DNA of 64,000 nucleotides from Opitutales bacterium (GCA_965226885.1 CBDDEL010000011.1:288001-352000), one strand, 5' to 3'. Counted from the stretch's first letter, positions 51,849 to 62,426 are shown. The notes: generated from the sequence alone by a model not told the origin. Made by a program: numbers and translations.

Positions 51849-52292
51849 ATGCAAAATGATGTCGTAGAGGCCAGCATCAAAGGTGTCATGCCCACTTCAA
51901 ATGGGTGCGCAGTCTTTATTGGGCCAGAAAACAAGACCTTCGTCATCTATGTCGATCAATATATCGGCAGCGCTATTTCCATGGCTATTAACGAGGAAAA
52001 GAAGGACCGGCCCCTCACCCATGACCTCATCTACAGCATTTTTCAGGGTCTTGAAGTTTCTATCGAACGGGTCGTCATAAACGACGTCAGCGACAGCATT
52101 TACTTCGCCCGCATTATCCTCAAGATGGAAAATGAATTGGGCAGCAAAATTGTCGAAATCGATGCCCGCCCCAGCGATTCCATGGTCCTCGCGATTCAAT
52201 CGAAAAAGCCCATTTACGTTGCCCAAAGAGTGATCGACCAGGTGGACGACATGACCGAAATCCTGGAGCGCATCCTCAAACAACAGGATTAG
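51849..52292 (+). CDS. Bifunctional nuclease family protein (DUF151)
   Basis: RPLTHDL and IDARPSD motifs. Confidence 0.9.
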   Translation: MQNDVVEASIKGVMPTSNGCAVFIGPENKTFVIYVDQYIGSAISMAINEEKKDRPLTHDLIYSIFQGLEVSIERVVINDVSDSIYFARIILKMENELGSKIVEIDARPSDSMVLAIQSKKPIYVAQRVIDQVDDMTEILERILKQQD

Positions 52293-52306
52293 AGCCGGGG
52301 CTGGGT

Positions 52307-53443
52307 TTGAACAACTTCTTCAGGCCAATACCAGGGCAAGGGCCAGAGCTTCCGGCGACTCTCTACGGGGACGGCCAACCCATTACCGCGCTGGCGCCCA
52401 TGCAGGATGTTACCTCCCTGCCTTTTATGGAGGTTATTGCCCACTGCGGCCCCCCGGATTATTTTTTTACCGAATACTTTCGGGTCCATGCATGTTCAAG
52501 ACTCGATCCGGAGATACTTCGATCGGTGACGGAAAACAAAACCGGCCGTCCGGTCTTCGCCCAACTCATCGGGGAAAGCCTACCCCACCTGGAAAGGACA
52601 GCCAGGGAATTGCAAAATTATCCGGTGGCCGGAATCGATCTTAACCTAGGATGCCCCGCGCCCAAGGTTTACCGCAAAAATGTGGGCGGCGGCCTCCTGC
52701 GCGATCCGGGCCGGGTGGATAAAATCCTGGGACATCTGCGCCCTTTGATTAAGGGCCTTTTCACCGTCAAAATGCGCATCGGATTTGCCTGCGATGAGCA
52801 TTTTGAGGCCTTGCTGGAACTTATCAACCGGCATTCCATCGATTTGCTCAGCGTGCATGGCCGAACGGTCAAGGAAATGTACCGGGGGGAGCCTCATTAC
52901 GACCACATCGCAAAAGCCGTCCAGGCGGTTCGCTGCCCTGTGCTCGCCAATGGCAACATCACCTCGCCCGCCAAAGCGAGGCAGGTAGCCGCTTTCACCG
53001 GCGCCGCCGGGCTTATGATCGGCAGATCGGCCATCCGTAACCCCTGGATATTCCGCCAAATCCGGGAGGCCCACTCACCGGATAGCCGTATTTTTCAACC
53101 CACCCTGGCCGATGTGCGCGAATACGTGGAGGTTCTCTACGAAGCGTTCCGCAAACCGGATGTGCCGGAGCTACGACAGGTCAACCGGATGAAGAAATTC
53201 CTCAATTTCGTCGGCCAGGGAGTGGACCCGGAAGGCAAATTTTTGCACCAAATGCGCAGGACCCAAACCCATCGCGATCTAATGGAAACCTGCCACCGGC
53301 ACATGATAGAAAACGGCAAAGCGGAGCAACCCTTCCCCCTCGAACCCCACCAAGGCGTCAACGCCAGGCCCAACCGCGAGTCTCCACCCGCCCCCAGCAT
53401 GGCTCTTTCCACAACCACAGGTTACACAGATAGACGCAGATAA
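52307..53443 (+). CDS. dus: tRNA-dihydrouridine synthase family protein
   Basis: LAPMQD, IDLNLGCP, TVKMRIG, VHGRT, ANGNI and MIGR...NPWIF motifs. Confidence 0.9.
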   Translation: MNNFFRPIPGQGPELPATLYGDGQPITALAPMQDVTSLPFMEVIAHCGPPDYFFTEYFRVHACSRLDPEILRSVTENKTGRPVFAQLIGESLPHLERTARELQNYPVAGIDLNLGCPAPKVYRKNVGGGLLRDPGRVDKILGHLRPLIKGLFTVKMRIGFACDEHFEALLELINRHSIDLLSVHGRTVKEMYRGEPHYDHIAKAVQAVRCPVLANGNITSPAKARQVAAFTGAAGLMIGRSAIRNPWIFRQIREAHSPDSRIFQPTLADVREYVEVLYEAFRKPDVPELRQVNRMKKFLNFVGQGVDPEGKFLHQMRRTQTHRDLMETCHRHMIENGKAEQPFPLEPHQGVNARPNRESPPAPSMALSTTTGYTDRRR

Positions 53444-53604
53444 TTGCCAAACCGAGATCAAAATCCATTTTCAACCACGAACTACACAGATTAACACGGA
53501 GTATGAAATGTTAGGTATTGGATGGTTCTAACGATGGTTCTAACTAAAGGGGTTTTTGATTGGTGGCTGCCAAGCTATTCAACCTTCAATCTCGCCAGGG
53601 CTAG

Positions 53605-55345
53605 CCCGGATATTTCGTAAAAAAAGTATCGTTGATATGCTTAACTGCTGATATACAGCAGGATAGATCAATAATTAAAGCAATATCAGCGATGACAAAA
53701 GGTAAACAATTAAAGCTACAGTTGACAAGGGTAAAAGGCCGCCGTGTGCGGGTTGATTTCAAGGGCGGAGAGGTTACTTCGGATGCCGGACTGCTTTTGA
53801 TCCGGGAAGTGGATCGGCAGTTGGGCTTGACCGAACGAGCGGCCCGACAGTTAGTGGACAAACGGCAGAAGGGCAAAGTACGCCATGAGGTATTGGGGAT
53901 GCTGCGGCAGCGCGTTTACGGGCTGGTGGCGGGCTATGAGGATTTGAACGAACTTTGATACCCTGCGCCACGATTCATTGTTGCAAACGGTAACGGGGCG
54001 CATTGAAACGTTGGCCAGCGCGCCGACTTTGTGTCGTTTTGAAAACGGGCAGGATCGGCGGGCGGCCTTTGCGGTAAACGAGCTGTTGGTCGAACAGTTC
54101 ATGGGCTCCTTTGCCGAGGAACCCGAAGAGATCATCCTGGACTTTGCCGCCACCGACAATCCGGTGCACGGGCTCCAGGAGGGACGTTTTTTCCACGGTT
54201 ATTATGATCATTACTGTTTTCTGCCGCTATATGTTTTTTGCGGTGATCAGCTGCTGGTGGCCTACCTGCGGCCGAGCAAGATCGATGCCAGCAAGCATGC
54301 CGGGGCCATCCTCAAATTGCTGGTTAAACGGATGCGCCAAAGCTGGCCCCGTACGCGGATTATTTGGCGCGCCGACAGTGGATTTTGTCGAGACCGGATA
54401 CTCTCTTGGTGCGACCGCAACGAAGTTAGTTACATCGTGGGGATGGCTCGCAATGCACGCTTGCAGCAAGACGCCCAGCAGTTGCAAAAGCAGGCCAAAG
54501 AATGGTTCGAACTAAGGGGTAAAAAACAACGGTTATTCCAGGACTTCGTCTATGCTGCCGATTCGTGGCGATGGCTGCGGTTGGTCATCCATAAAGCCGA
54601 ACACACCGCACAGGGGTCCAACCCGCGCTTCGTGGTGACGAACCTGCCGGGCGATCCCCAGGAGCTTTACGACAAGGTATACTGTGGCCGCGGTGAAATG
54701 GAGAACCGCATCAAGGAACAGATGCAATTGTTCAGCGAGCGCACCAGCGCCCATCAATGGTGGGCCAATCAGTGGCGATTGCTCTTGTCGGCGCTGGCCT
54801 ACACCTTGATGGAAGCCATGCGCCGGTTAGCCTTAAAAGGGACGAAGTGGGCGCGGGCCCAATGCCACACCCTGCGGCTCAAATTAATCAAGATCGGAGC
54901 GGTCATCGTGCGCAACACCCGAACGATTCACTTTCACCTAAGTGAGAGTTATCCTTGGGCCAGTCTTTTCAACCATGCGGCCCGCCGATTGGTGCCAACC
55001 TAAAGGGTGCATTGGTGCTGCCCCCGGCACTACCGAACCAATGGGGGAAAGGGGGCAGTGTCTCTACACCCTGAAAAACACCTAAAAATCAAGACGATCT
55101 GCTCAAAATACAAAGAAATCCATCTCCAATAGCAATAACGAGCCAAACTTTACCCTTCATGAAATATCCGGGCTAAAGGGTGCATTGGTGCTGCCCCCGG
55201 CACTACCGAACCAATGGGGGAAAGGGGGCAGTGTCTCTACACCCTGAAAAACACCTAAAAATCAAGACGATCTGCTCAAAATACAAAGAAATCCATCTCC
55301 AATAGCAATAACGAGCCAAACTTTACCCTTCATGAAATATCCGGG
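53605..55345 (+). mobile_element. IS1380 copy 5, frameshifted, with a tandemly duplicated 173-bp right end
   Basis: CTAG flanks (53601-53604, 55346-55349); extra A near 53951; LDFAATD instead of LDFDATD; 55000-55172 repeated as 55173-55345. Confidence 0.93.
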
Positions 55346-55350
55346 CTAGG

Positions 55351-57171
55351 TAGAGGCTGTCCCAAAAATATAAAGATTTTATAGTCAACTGGATGACGTT
55401 GATAAAAAGAGCCGGAAAGAGCAAGTTTTTGCTCGATCCGGCCAAAAAAGGGTTCTATAATTGAGTTAGCGAAAATCAATATAGCCCTTTCTATGAAAAA
55501 TATAGCCATCCAATGCCTCCTGCGTCCAGCTTTAACTGTGGTCGACCGGTGCCTCGATTACGATAACTTCCGCGCCACCATTGATCGAATCGATCGGCTG
55601 CTGATCGACTCGGAGGTGGAATCGCAGGCCATTGAGCTGGCCTTGGAGGGGTGGCCGCCAATGGGTCTAAAGGCCCGGCGGCAGCGGGCCAGTTTTGCCA
55701 TCAAGGCACTGCGCATGGATACGCTGGGCCGTCTGCTCGGAGGGATTTCGTTTCGGCATTTGTCGCGGGCTCTGGGCAGCAGCGATCTGTTGGCCGACTT
55801 TTGCCGTGTCCGGCAGATCGATGGCATCAGGGGCATCTCCAAAAGCACCCTGGAGCGGGCCTCGAAGTTTTTCAGCGAAGAGCAGTTGAGGGCCTTGCAC
55901 CGGACCTTGACTGAGGTGGTGGGCGATGCCCTTCTGGCCCGGCAGGTGGGATTGGACAAGCCGATTGACCCCACCATTTGCCTGATCGACGGCACCTGTT
56001 TGGAGGCTAACATTCATTGGCCGACGGACTGGGTATTACTCAAGGATGTAGCCGGCACGTTGCTCAAAGCGATCCGGCTGATCCGCGAGAAGGCCGGTTT
56101 GCGCCATCGCATGCCGATCGAACCGGAGCCCTTGGCTCGGCAGATGAATCGGCTGTGCATACAGATGACCCACAGCCGGCGGCGAAAGGACAGCGCGCGG
56201 CAGCGCAAGGGTATCTTGAGGCAGATGAAAAAGCTGCTCAAACGGATCGGGGAGCATGCCCGCAGTCACCGGGAATTATTGCAAGCCTGCTGGGAGCAAA
56301 GCGATTACAGCGAAAAACAGGTCCAACAGATCCTCGCCCGGATGGAGCGCATGAGCGAGCAAATCCCGGTGGTCATCAAACAGGCGCACGAGCGGATCAT
56401 TGGCGGCCGCCAGGTGAAAAACGCAGAGAAAGTCTTGAGTGTTTACGAACTCGATGTGCAGGTGATTGTGCGAGGTAAAGCGGGCCAAGAGGTCGAGTTC
56501 GGCAACACCCTGTTTTTGGGAGAAAGCGTTGAAGGGTACCTGCTGGACTGGAAACTCTACGGCAGCCGAACTCCAAGCGAAAATGAACAAATGCAAGAGA
56601 GTTTGCAAAGACAGAACCGCTTCAACCTGGAAGAACCCATAGCGGCCATGTGCGCGGACCGGGGATTTGCCTCCCAGCGGGCCCGCCGGCAGTTAGCCCA
56701 GGAGGGAATCTACGACGCGCTCTGTCCACGCGATCCGAAGCAGTTGAAAAAACGGATGGAGGAACCACTGTTCAGACAATTGCAAAAGCGCCGGGCCAGC
56801 ACCGAAGGGCGGATCGGGGTATTGAAGAATCGCTGGCAGGCCGGGCGGTTGCGCAGCAAAGGCTTTGCCAACCGCTCGATCAGCGTAGCCTGGTCGGTAC
56901 TCTCGCACAACCTATGGAAAGTAGCCAAGATGCTGGCCCAGCAAGACGAACTAAAAACCAAAGCGGCGGCCTAGAGAGCGGAAAAGCAAGGACAATACTT
57001 TTTCACAGCCTTACTGTCGGCTCATACAAAGAAAATCAGGCAACCGGACCCCAAAACCAGTATCCTAACGTCATAGGAGAGCAAAGTTGATACTCTCCCA
57101 AATGCAAATACCTCTAAAATGAGCGCCTATCAAAAGCCCTCGCAAAAATCACCCTTTTGGGACAGCCTCTA
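55351..57171 (+). mobile_element. IS5/ISNCY-like element, complete copy
   Basis: 17-bp perfect IR TAGAGGCTGTCCCAAAA / TTTTGGGACAGCCTCTA; the terminal TA may be target-derived. Confidence 0.9.
55493..56974 (+). CDS. DDE transposase (IS5/ISNCY-like), 493 aa
   Basis: IDGTCLEANIHWPTD, RGKAGQEVEFG, ADRGF and RASTEGRIGVLK motifs. Confidence 0.88.
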   Translation: MKNIAIQCLLRPALTVVDRCLDYDNFRATIDRIDRLLIDSEVESQAIELALEGWPPMGLKARRQRASFAIKALRMDTLGRLLGGISFRHLSRALGSSDLLADFCRVRQIDGIRGISKSTLERASKFFSEEQLRALHRTLTEVVGDALLARQVGLDKPIDPTICLIDGTCLEANIHWPTDWVLLKDVAGTLLKAIRLIREKAGLRHRMPIEPEPLARQMNRLCIQMTHSRRRKDSARQRKGILRQMKKLLKRIGEHARSHRELLQACWEQSDYSEKQVQQILARMERMSEQIPVVIKQAHERIIGGRQVKNAEKVLSVYELDVQVIVRGKAGQEVEFGNTLFLGESVEGYLLDWKLYGSRTPSENEQMQESLQRQNRFNLEEPIAAMCADRGFASQRARRQLAQEGIYDALCPRDPKQLKKRMEEPLFRQLQKRRASTEGRIGVLKNRWQAGRLRSKGFANRSISVAWSVLSHNLWKVAKMLAQQDELKTKAAA

Positions 57172-57560
57172 TATACACGTTGTCGGCGTTTAACTACTTG
57201 TTTAGAGTCAGGTAAAATTCAATCCATGACTGTTGCATGTCCGGTTGACGCATTGCCATGCTCAGCGCGTCCCGGAAATCCATGCTCCCGGCTACCTCTT
57301 TCTGCCCGGTAACCGCTTCCGGTATGCCGACCGATGCGATTTCCTCTTCAACTTTGCGCTGTTCTACCGAACCCGTCGCCCGGTCGTCCTGCGACACAGT
57401 TTCAGAATCGGTATCGCTTCCTACCGTGATACCAATTACCACCCCAACCGTGACGGCAATCGCCAAGGACAGCACCCAGCAGGCAACGAGCCGAAACTTG
57501 AATCCAAGAGCAATAACGCTGATAGACCGACCTCGTCGAGTCGGGTTCCTATTTTTTCAC
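57172..57560 (-). pseudogene. Remnant of a membrane-anchored hypothetical protein
   Basis: One TM segment followed by a polar linker; apparent frameshift just after a GTG near 57560, in-frame TAG at 57194, truncated by the IS end. Confidence 0.35.
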
Positions 57561-57663
57561 TTTCTGATACTGGAATCAATGGGGAGAAAGATGACATGGG
57601 TAGAAGAGGGTCAATACTTTAGGCGCTGTTTCTGGGTGAGAGTCTTTAGTTTGATAATATTTT

Positions 57664-58465
57664 GGTAGTGTATAAAAAAAGAATGTTATTTTGTATTTTT
57701 AGCTGTACAAATAGCGTTAGGCAGTTTATTCTTAGTGCATGGTTACTAAAATTATTAATTGTCGGCACTGTGGAAGTGAAAATATCATTAAATTTGGCAA
57801 GACGCCCAACCATAAACAGCGCTACCGCTGCCATGATTGTGGTAAACAAAGCCGCGAAAACCCCACAGTGAAATACACCGAAGAGCAAAAAGAAATGATC
57901 CTTCGAGTCTATCAGGAACGCAGCAGTCTACGCGGTTTACAGCGCGCCTTCGGGGTGAGTCCCAACACCGTTTTGAGTTGGTTAAAAAAAACGACAATCG
58001 CTGCGACCGCTCAAAAGCACGATTCTTGCGGCCCGCCGCCATGATGTCATTGAACTGGACGAACTGTGGTCTTTTGTGGGGCGCAAGAGCGATGCCCAAT
58101 GGGTTTGGATCGCTCTTTGCCGACGCACCCGTCAAATCCTCTCCTATGCCATTGGGCCTCGGGATTGGTATCGTTGCCGGGAACTTTACGAGCGTCTGCC
58201 ACGGGCCTACAAAAGATGTGCCACCTACAGCGACTTTTGGAGCACTTATGATGAAGTCTTTCCTCATAACCGATCCGTGGGAAAAGAAACCGGTGAAACG
58301 GCCCATGTGGAACGATGGAACAATACCCTGCGCCAACGACTGGGTCGTCTCACACGCAAAACCCTCTCCTTTTCCAAGCTTAAGAGTATGCATGAAACCT
58401 GTCTGAGACTTTTCATTCATCAATATAATCAAGAATTAGCCACCATTCCTACTTAATACACTACC
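57664..58465 (+). mobile_element. IS1-family copy 5 (802 bp)
   Basis: Complete ends; flanks AATATTTT and CGCATTTT are not a duplication. Confidence 0.95.
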
Positions 58466-58760
58466 CGCATTTTTTGGTGGAATGAGCTGTTCTCAACACG
58501 TTTATTCAATAATCCCTCGGTATATAATCCCTTTTTAATTTCCCTACCGATTTGATCGAAAATAACAAAGGATAAGATTGCCAGATCACATTGAAAGCAG
58601 AAAAATGGATCGATATATAAGAAAGTAGCGATTTCCTACGATTATGAATGTTCATAGGGGAAAAATCGTCTAATCTCAAAGAGGTGTGTAAACGCCGGGG
58701 AAAAACCGGTACGGTAAAGAGGGCGCTTTAAAACCGGTACGCTTATCCTAGAAAGGAGGA

Positions 58761-60266
58761 GTGTATCGAGATATGAAGCAATGGACAAGAGTGCGGCACA
58801 AAGTGCTGCGGGACAAGCAGAGCAAGCGCTCTGTAATGCGAGAAGAGGGACTGCACTGGGAGACCCTGGGAAAGATGCTGGCCTATTCCCAGCCGCCGGG
58901 ATACCGGCGCAAGAAGAGGCGAGAGCGCAAGATCGATCCGTATGTGGGCTGGATCGAGGAGGTGCTCAAAGCGGACCGGAACGTGCCCAAGAAGCAGCGC
59001 CATACGGCCAAACGGATCTACCAGCGTTTGGGTCGGGAGAAGGGCTACCAAGGGGGCTACACGGCGGTCAAGGAGGTGGTGGCCGAGCTGCGAGCGAGGC
59101 GGCGGGAAGTGTTCGTGCCGCTGGAGCACCGCCCCGGGGAGGGACAGGTGGACTTCGGTCATGCCCTGGTGAAGGAGGCGGGGCAATTGCGTAGGCGGCC
59201 ATTTTTTGCCATGAGCCTGCCCTACAGCGATGCCTTTTTCGTGCAGGTGTTCGAACGGGAGTGCACGGAGAGCTTCTGGGAGGGGCACCTGCGAGCTTTT
59301 GAGTTTTTCGGGGCGGTGCCCCGGCGCATCAGCTATGACAACTCGAAGGTGGCGGTGGGTAAGATTATCGGTTCGCGTGAACGCAAGCTGACCGACGGGT
59401 TTCTGCAGCTACAGAGCCATTACCTGTTCGAGGAACACTTCTGTCTGCCCGCCCGGCCCAACGAGAAGGGCGTGGTCGAGGGGATCGTGCGTTATGCCCG
59501 GGCCAACTTCCTGGTACCGGTACCGCAGGTTCGGGACCTGGAGGAACTCAACGCAAAGCTGTTGGAGGCATGTGAGCGGGACATGGAGCGTAAATTACGC
59601 GGGAAAAGGGCGGTGAAAAAGGAACTGCTGGCCGAGGAGCGCGCCGTCATGCTGGCGTTGCCGCCCATACCCTTTGAAGCGAGCCGCAAACGCTCGACCT
59701 GCGTCAGCAGCCTCTCGCTGGTGCGCTTCGAGTGCAACGACTATTCGGTGCCGGTGCGCTGCGCCCACCATCCGGTGGTGGTGGAAGGGTCCTGTCGGCA
59801 GGTGGTGATCTTCTGTGGGGGCCAAGAGGTGGCCCGGCACCGCCGCATTTGGGATAAAGAGCAAGTCTCTTTCGAGCCGGTGCACTACCTGGCTTTGCTG
59901 GAGAAAAAACCGGGCGCTTTGGACTTCGCCCGCCCACTCTCGGGCTGGCAGTTGCCGCAGTGCCTGCAGGTCCTCAGACGCCGGCTCGAAAGCCAATGCG
60001 GGGGCGAAGGCACCCGGGAGTATATCCGGGTGCTGCGGCTGTTGGAGAAACACCCCATGGCGGCCTTGCAGCAGGCCGTCGTCTCGGCCCTGCGGGGGGG
60101 GGGACTGACTCGTGAGGCCATCGCCCAGTATCTCTATCCTCAGGAAGACTACGGGAGCAGAACCTTCCGGCTGGACGGCCATCCACACCTGCGTCACGTC
60201 CGTGTGGCCGCCCCTGACCTCGGTGCCTACAGCGAACTGCTCAAGATTCCAGGAGGGGCTTTATGA
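58761..60266 (+). CDS. istA: IS21 transposase
   Basis: KQRHTAKRI, GQVDFG, YDN and EKGVVE motifs. Confidence 0.95.
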   Translation: MYRDMKQWTRVRHKVLRDKQSKRSVMREEGLHWETLGKMLAYSQPPGYRRKKRRERKIDPYVGWIEEVLKADRNVPKKQRHTAKRIYQRLGREKGYQGGYTAVKEVVAELRARRREVFVPLEHRPGEGQVDFGHALVKEAGQLRRRPFFAMSLPYSDAFFVQVFERECTESFWEGHLRAFEFFGAVPRRISYDNSKVAVGKIIGSRERKLTDGFLQLQSHYLFEEHFCLPARPNEKGVVEGIVRYARANFLVPVPQVRDLEELNAKLLEACERDMERKLRGKRAVKKELLAEERAVMLALPPIPFEASRKRSTCVSSLSLVRFECNDYSVPVRCAHHPVVVEGSCRQVVIFCGGQEVARHRRIWDKEQVSFEPVHYLALLEKKPGALDFARPLSGWQLPQCLQVLRRRLESQCGGEGTREYIRVLRLLEKHPMAALQQAVVSALRGGGLTREAIAQYLYPQEDYGSRTFRLDGHPHLRHVRVAAPDLGAYSELLKIPGGAL

Positions 60267-61030
60267 AGGAAGAAAAAAACCAGCTGCTGTTACACCATCA
60301 CCTCAAGAAACTGAAGTTGCCCACCATCCTGCGCGAATGGCCGGCGGTGGCCGCGGCTTGTTCCCGGGACCGGCTCGATTACGCCGCCTTTTTGTTGCAT
60401 CTGGTCGAACGGGAGCTCATTGAACGCGAACAGCGGGCCGCCCAGCGGCGGATCAGAAACGCCCGTTTCCCCGTGCTCAAGACCCTCGAGAGCTTCGCCT
60501 TTGAAGCGCAGCCCTCGATCAACGAAGCGCTCATCCGAGAGCTCATGCGCGGGGAGTATGTCGACCAGCGCGAAAACGTGCTGCTCCTCGGTAACGCCGG
60601 TACCGGTAAAACGCACCTGGCCACCGCCCTGGGCTTTGCCGCCTGTGCCCAGGGCCGGCGGATCCGTTTCTTCGGGGTCACCGCCCTGGTTACCCATATG
60701 CTCGAGCAACGCGACAACCACGACCTGCAGCGCTTCATGAAGCAACTCGAAAGGCTCGACCTACTCATCCTCGACGAACTCGGTTACGTCCCTTTTTCCA
60801 AGACCGGTTCCGAACTGCTCTTCGACGTGGTCAGCCGCGCTTACGAGCGCACCAGTCTCATCGTCACCACCAACCTGCCCTTTGAGAACTGGATCGAAGT
60901 GCTCGGTTCCGAACGGCTCACCGGAGCTCTGCTGGACCGACTCACCCATCGGGTGCATATCCTCGAAGCCAACGGGCAAAGCTACCGCTTGCGCGATGCT
61001 CGACGCCGTCGCCGTGGCACAAAACAATAA
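60263..61030 (+). CDS. istB: IS21 helper AAA+ ATPase
   Basis: GNAGTGKTHLA, LLILDELGY, TTNLPF and ALLDRLTH motifs. Confidence 0.96.
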   Translation: MKEEKNQLLLHHHLKKLKLPTILREWPAVAAACSRDRLDYAAFLLHLVERELIEREQRAAQRRIRNARFPVLKTLESFAFEAQPSINEALIRELMRGEYVDQRENVLLLGNAGTGKTHLATALGFAACAQGRRIRFFGVTALVTHMLEQRDNHDLQRFMKQLERLDLLILDELGYVPFSKTGSELLFDVVSRAYERTSLIVTTNLPFENWIEVLGSERLTGALLDRLTHRVHILEANGQSYRLRDARRRRRGTKQ

Positions 61031-61203
61031 ACGCCTTGGGCCCGGCTCGTCGGCCTCCGGCCTCCTCACCGACCCCAAGCCAATCCCCAAAACCAACTCC
61101 CAAACCCTAAACCTTGACGTACCTGCAATTACTAACCTAAACCTTATTCCAAGCGTACCGGTTTTACCCCGACCCCCGTACCGGTTTCATCCCGGCGTTT
61201 ACA

Positions 61204-62165
61204 CACGAATCGGCAGCATAGACGAAGTCCTGGAATAACCGTTGTTTTTTACCCCTTAGTTCGAACCATTCTTTGGCCTGCTTTTGCAACTGCTGGGCGT
61301 CTTGCTGCAAGCGTGCATTGCGAGCCATCCCCACGATGTAACTAACTTCGTTGCGGTCGCACCAAGAGAGTATCCGGTCTCGACAAAATCCACTGTCGGC
61401 GCGCCAAATAATCCGCGTACGGGGCCAGCTTTGGCGAATCCGTTTAACCAGCAATTTGAGGATGGCCCCGGCATGCTTGCTGGCATCGATCTTGCTCGGC
61501 CGCAGGTAGGCCACCAGCAGCTGATCACCGCAAAAAACATATAGCGGCAGAAAACAGTAATGATCATAATAACCGTGGAAAAAACGTCCCTCCTGGAGCC
61601 CGTGCACCGGATTGTCGGTGGCGTCAAAGTCCAGGATGATCTCTTCGGGTTCCTCGGCAAAGGAGCCCATGAACTGTTCGACCAACAGCTCGTTTACCGC
61701 AAAGGCCGCCCGCCGATCCTGCCCGTTTTCAAAACGACACAAAGTCGGCGCGCTGGCCAACGTTTCAATGCGCCCCGTTACCGTTTGCAACAATGGATCG
61801 TGGCGCAGGGTATCAAAGTCGTTCAAATCCTCATAGCCCGCCACCAGCCCGTAAACGCGCTGCCGCAGCATCCCCAATACCTCATGGCGTACTTTGCCCT
61901 TCTGCCGTTTGTCCACTAACTGTCGGGCCGCTCGTTCGGTCAAGCCCAACTGCCGATCCACTTCCCGGATCAAAAGCAGTCCGGCATCCGAAGTAACCTC
62001 TCCGCCCTTGAAATCAACCCGCACACGGCGGCCTTTTACCCTTGTCAACTGTAGCTTTAATTGTTTACCTTTTGTCATCGCTGATATTGCTTTAATTATT
62101 GATCTATCCTGCTGTATATCAGCAGTTAAGCATATCAACGATACTTTTTTTACGAAATATCCGGG
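61204..62165 (-). mobile_element. IS1380 copy 6, 3'-truncated by IS21
   Basis: Left IR at 62165 flanked by TTAG; transposase stops matching after YAADS. Confidence 0.92.
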
Positions 62166-62294
62166 TTAGGGGCCAAGGATTACCTCGAAACCGCTCAATT
62201 GCTCGGAGTAGAATGCACCTTTTCCAAGGCCTTCAAGCCAAACGAACTCCTTGAGAAGGTCAAAGAATTGATTTCTCCCAACCCCGGCCCGTAA
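62166..62294 (+). pseudogene. C-terminal remnant of a response-regulator receiver protein
   Basis: Manual translation gives LGAKDYLETAQLLGVECTFSKAFKPNELLEKVKELISPNPGP*. Confidence 0.65.
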
Positions 62295-62426
62295 AAAAAT
62301 CGATTATTCTGAATATTCATAGGGAATATTCTGGATGAAATATTCGTGAGGCAAAGTTACGTTTGGCGTGGATACCGGCAACTATTTTTAATCGATTTCC
62401 GGCAAGTAGTTTCCTAGAAAAGCGTC

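Larger units (their letters stand above)
58687..61203 (+). mobile_element. IS21-family element
   Basis: Ends TGTAAACGCCGGG / CCCGGCGTTTACA (boundary uncertain by 2-3 bp); two internal AAACCGGTAC repeats at each end; no target duplication. Confidence 0.92.

Noticed and set aside
55000..55345. Repeats as a CRISPR array (also the short tandem repeats elsewhere)
   Set aside because: Two adjacent copies with no spacers and no cas genes; this one is an IS end.
58466..58686. AT-rich segment as a gene or small RNA
   Set aside because: No convincing ORF or structure seen; treated as an orphan remnant between IS elements.
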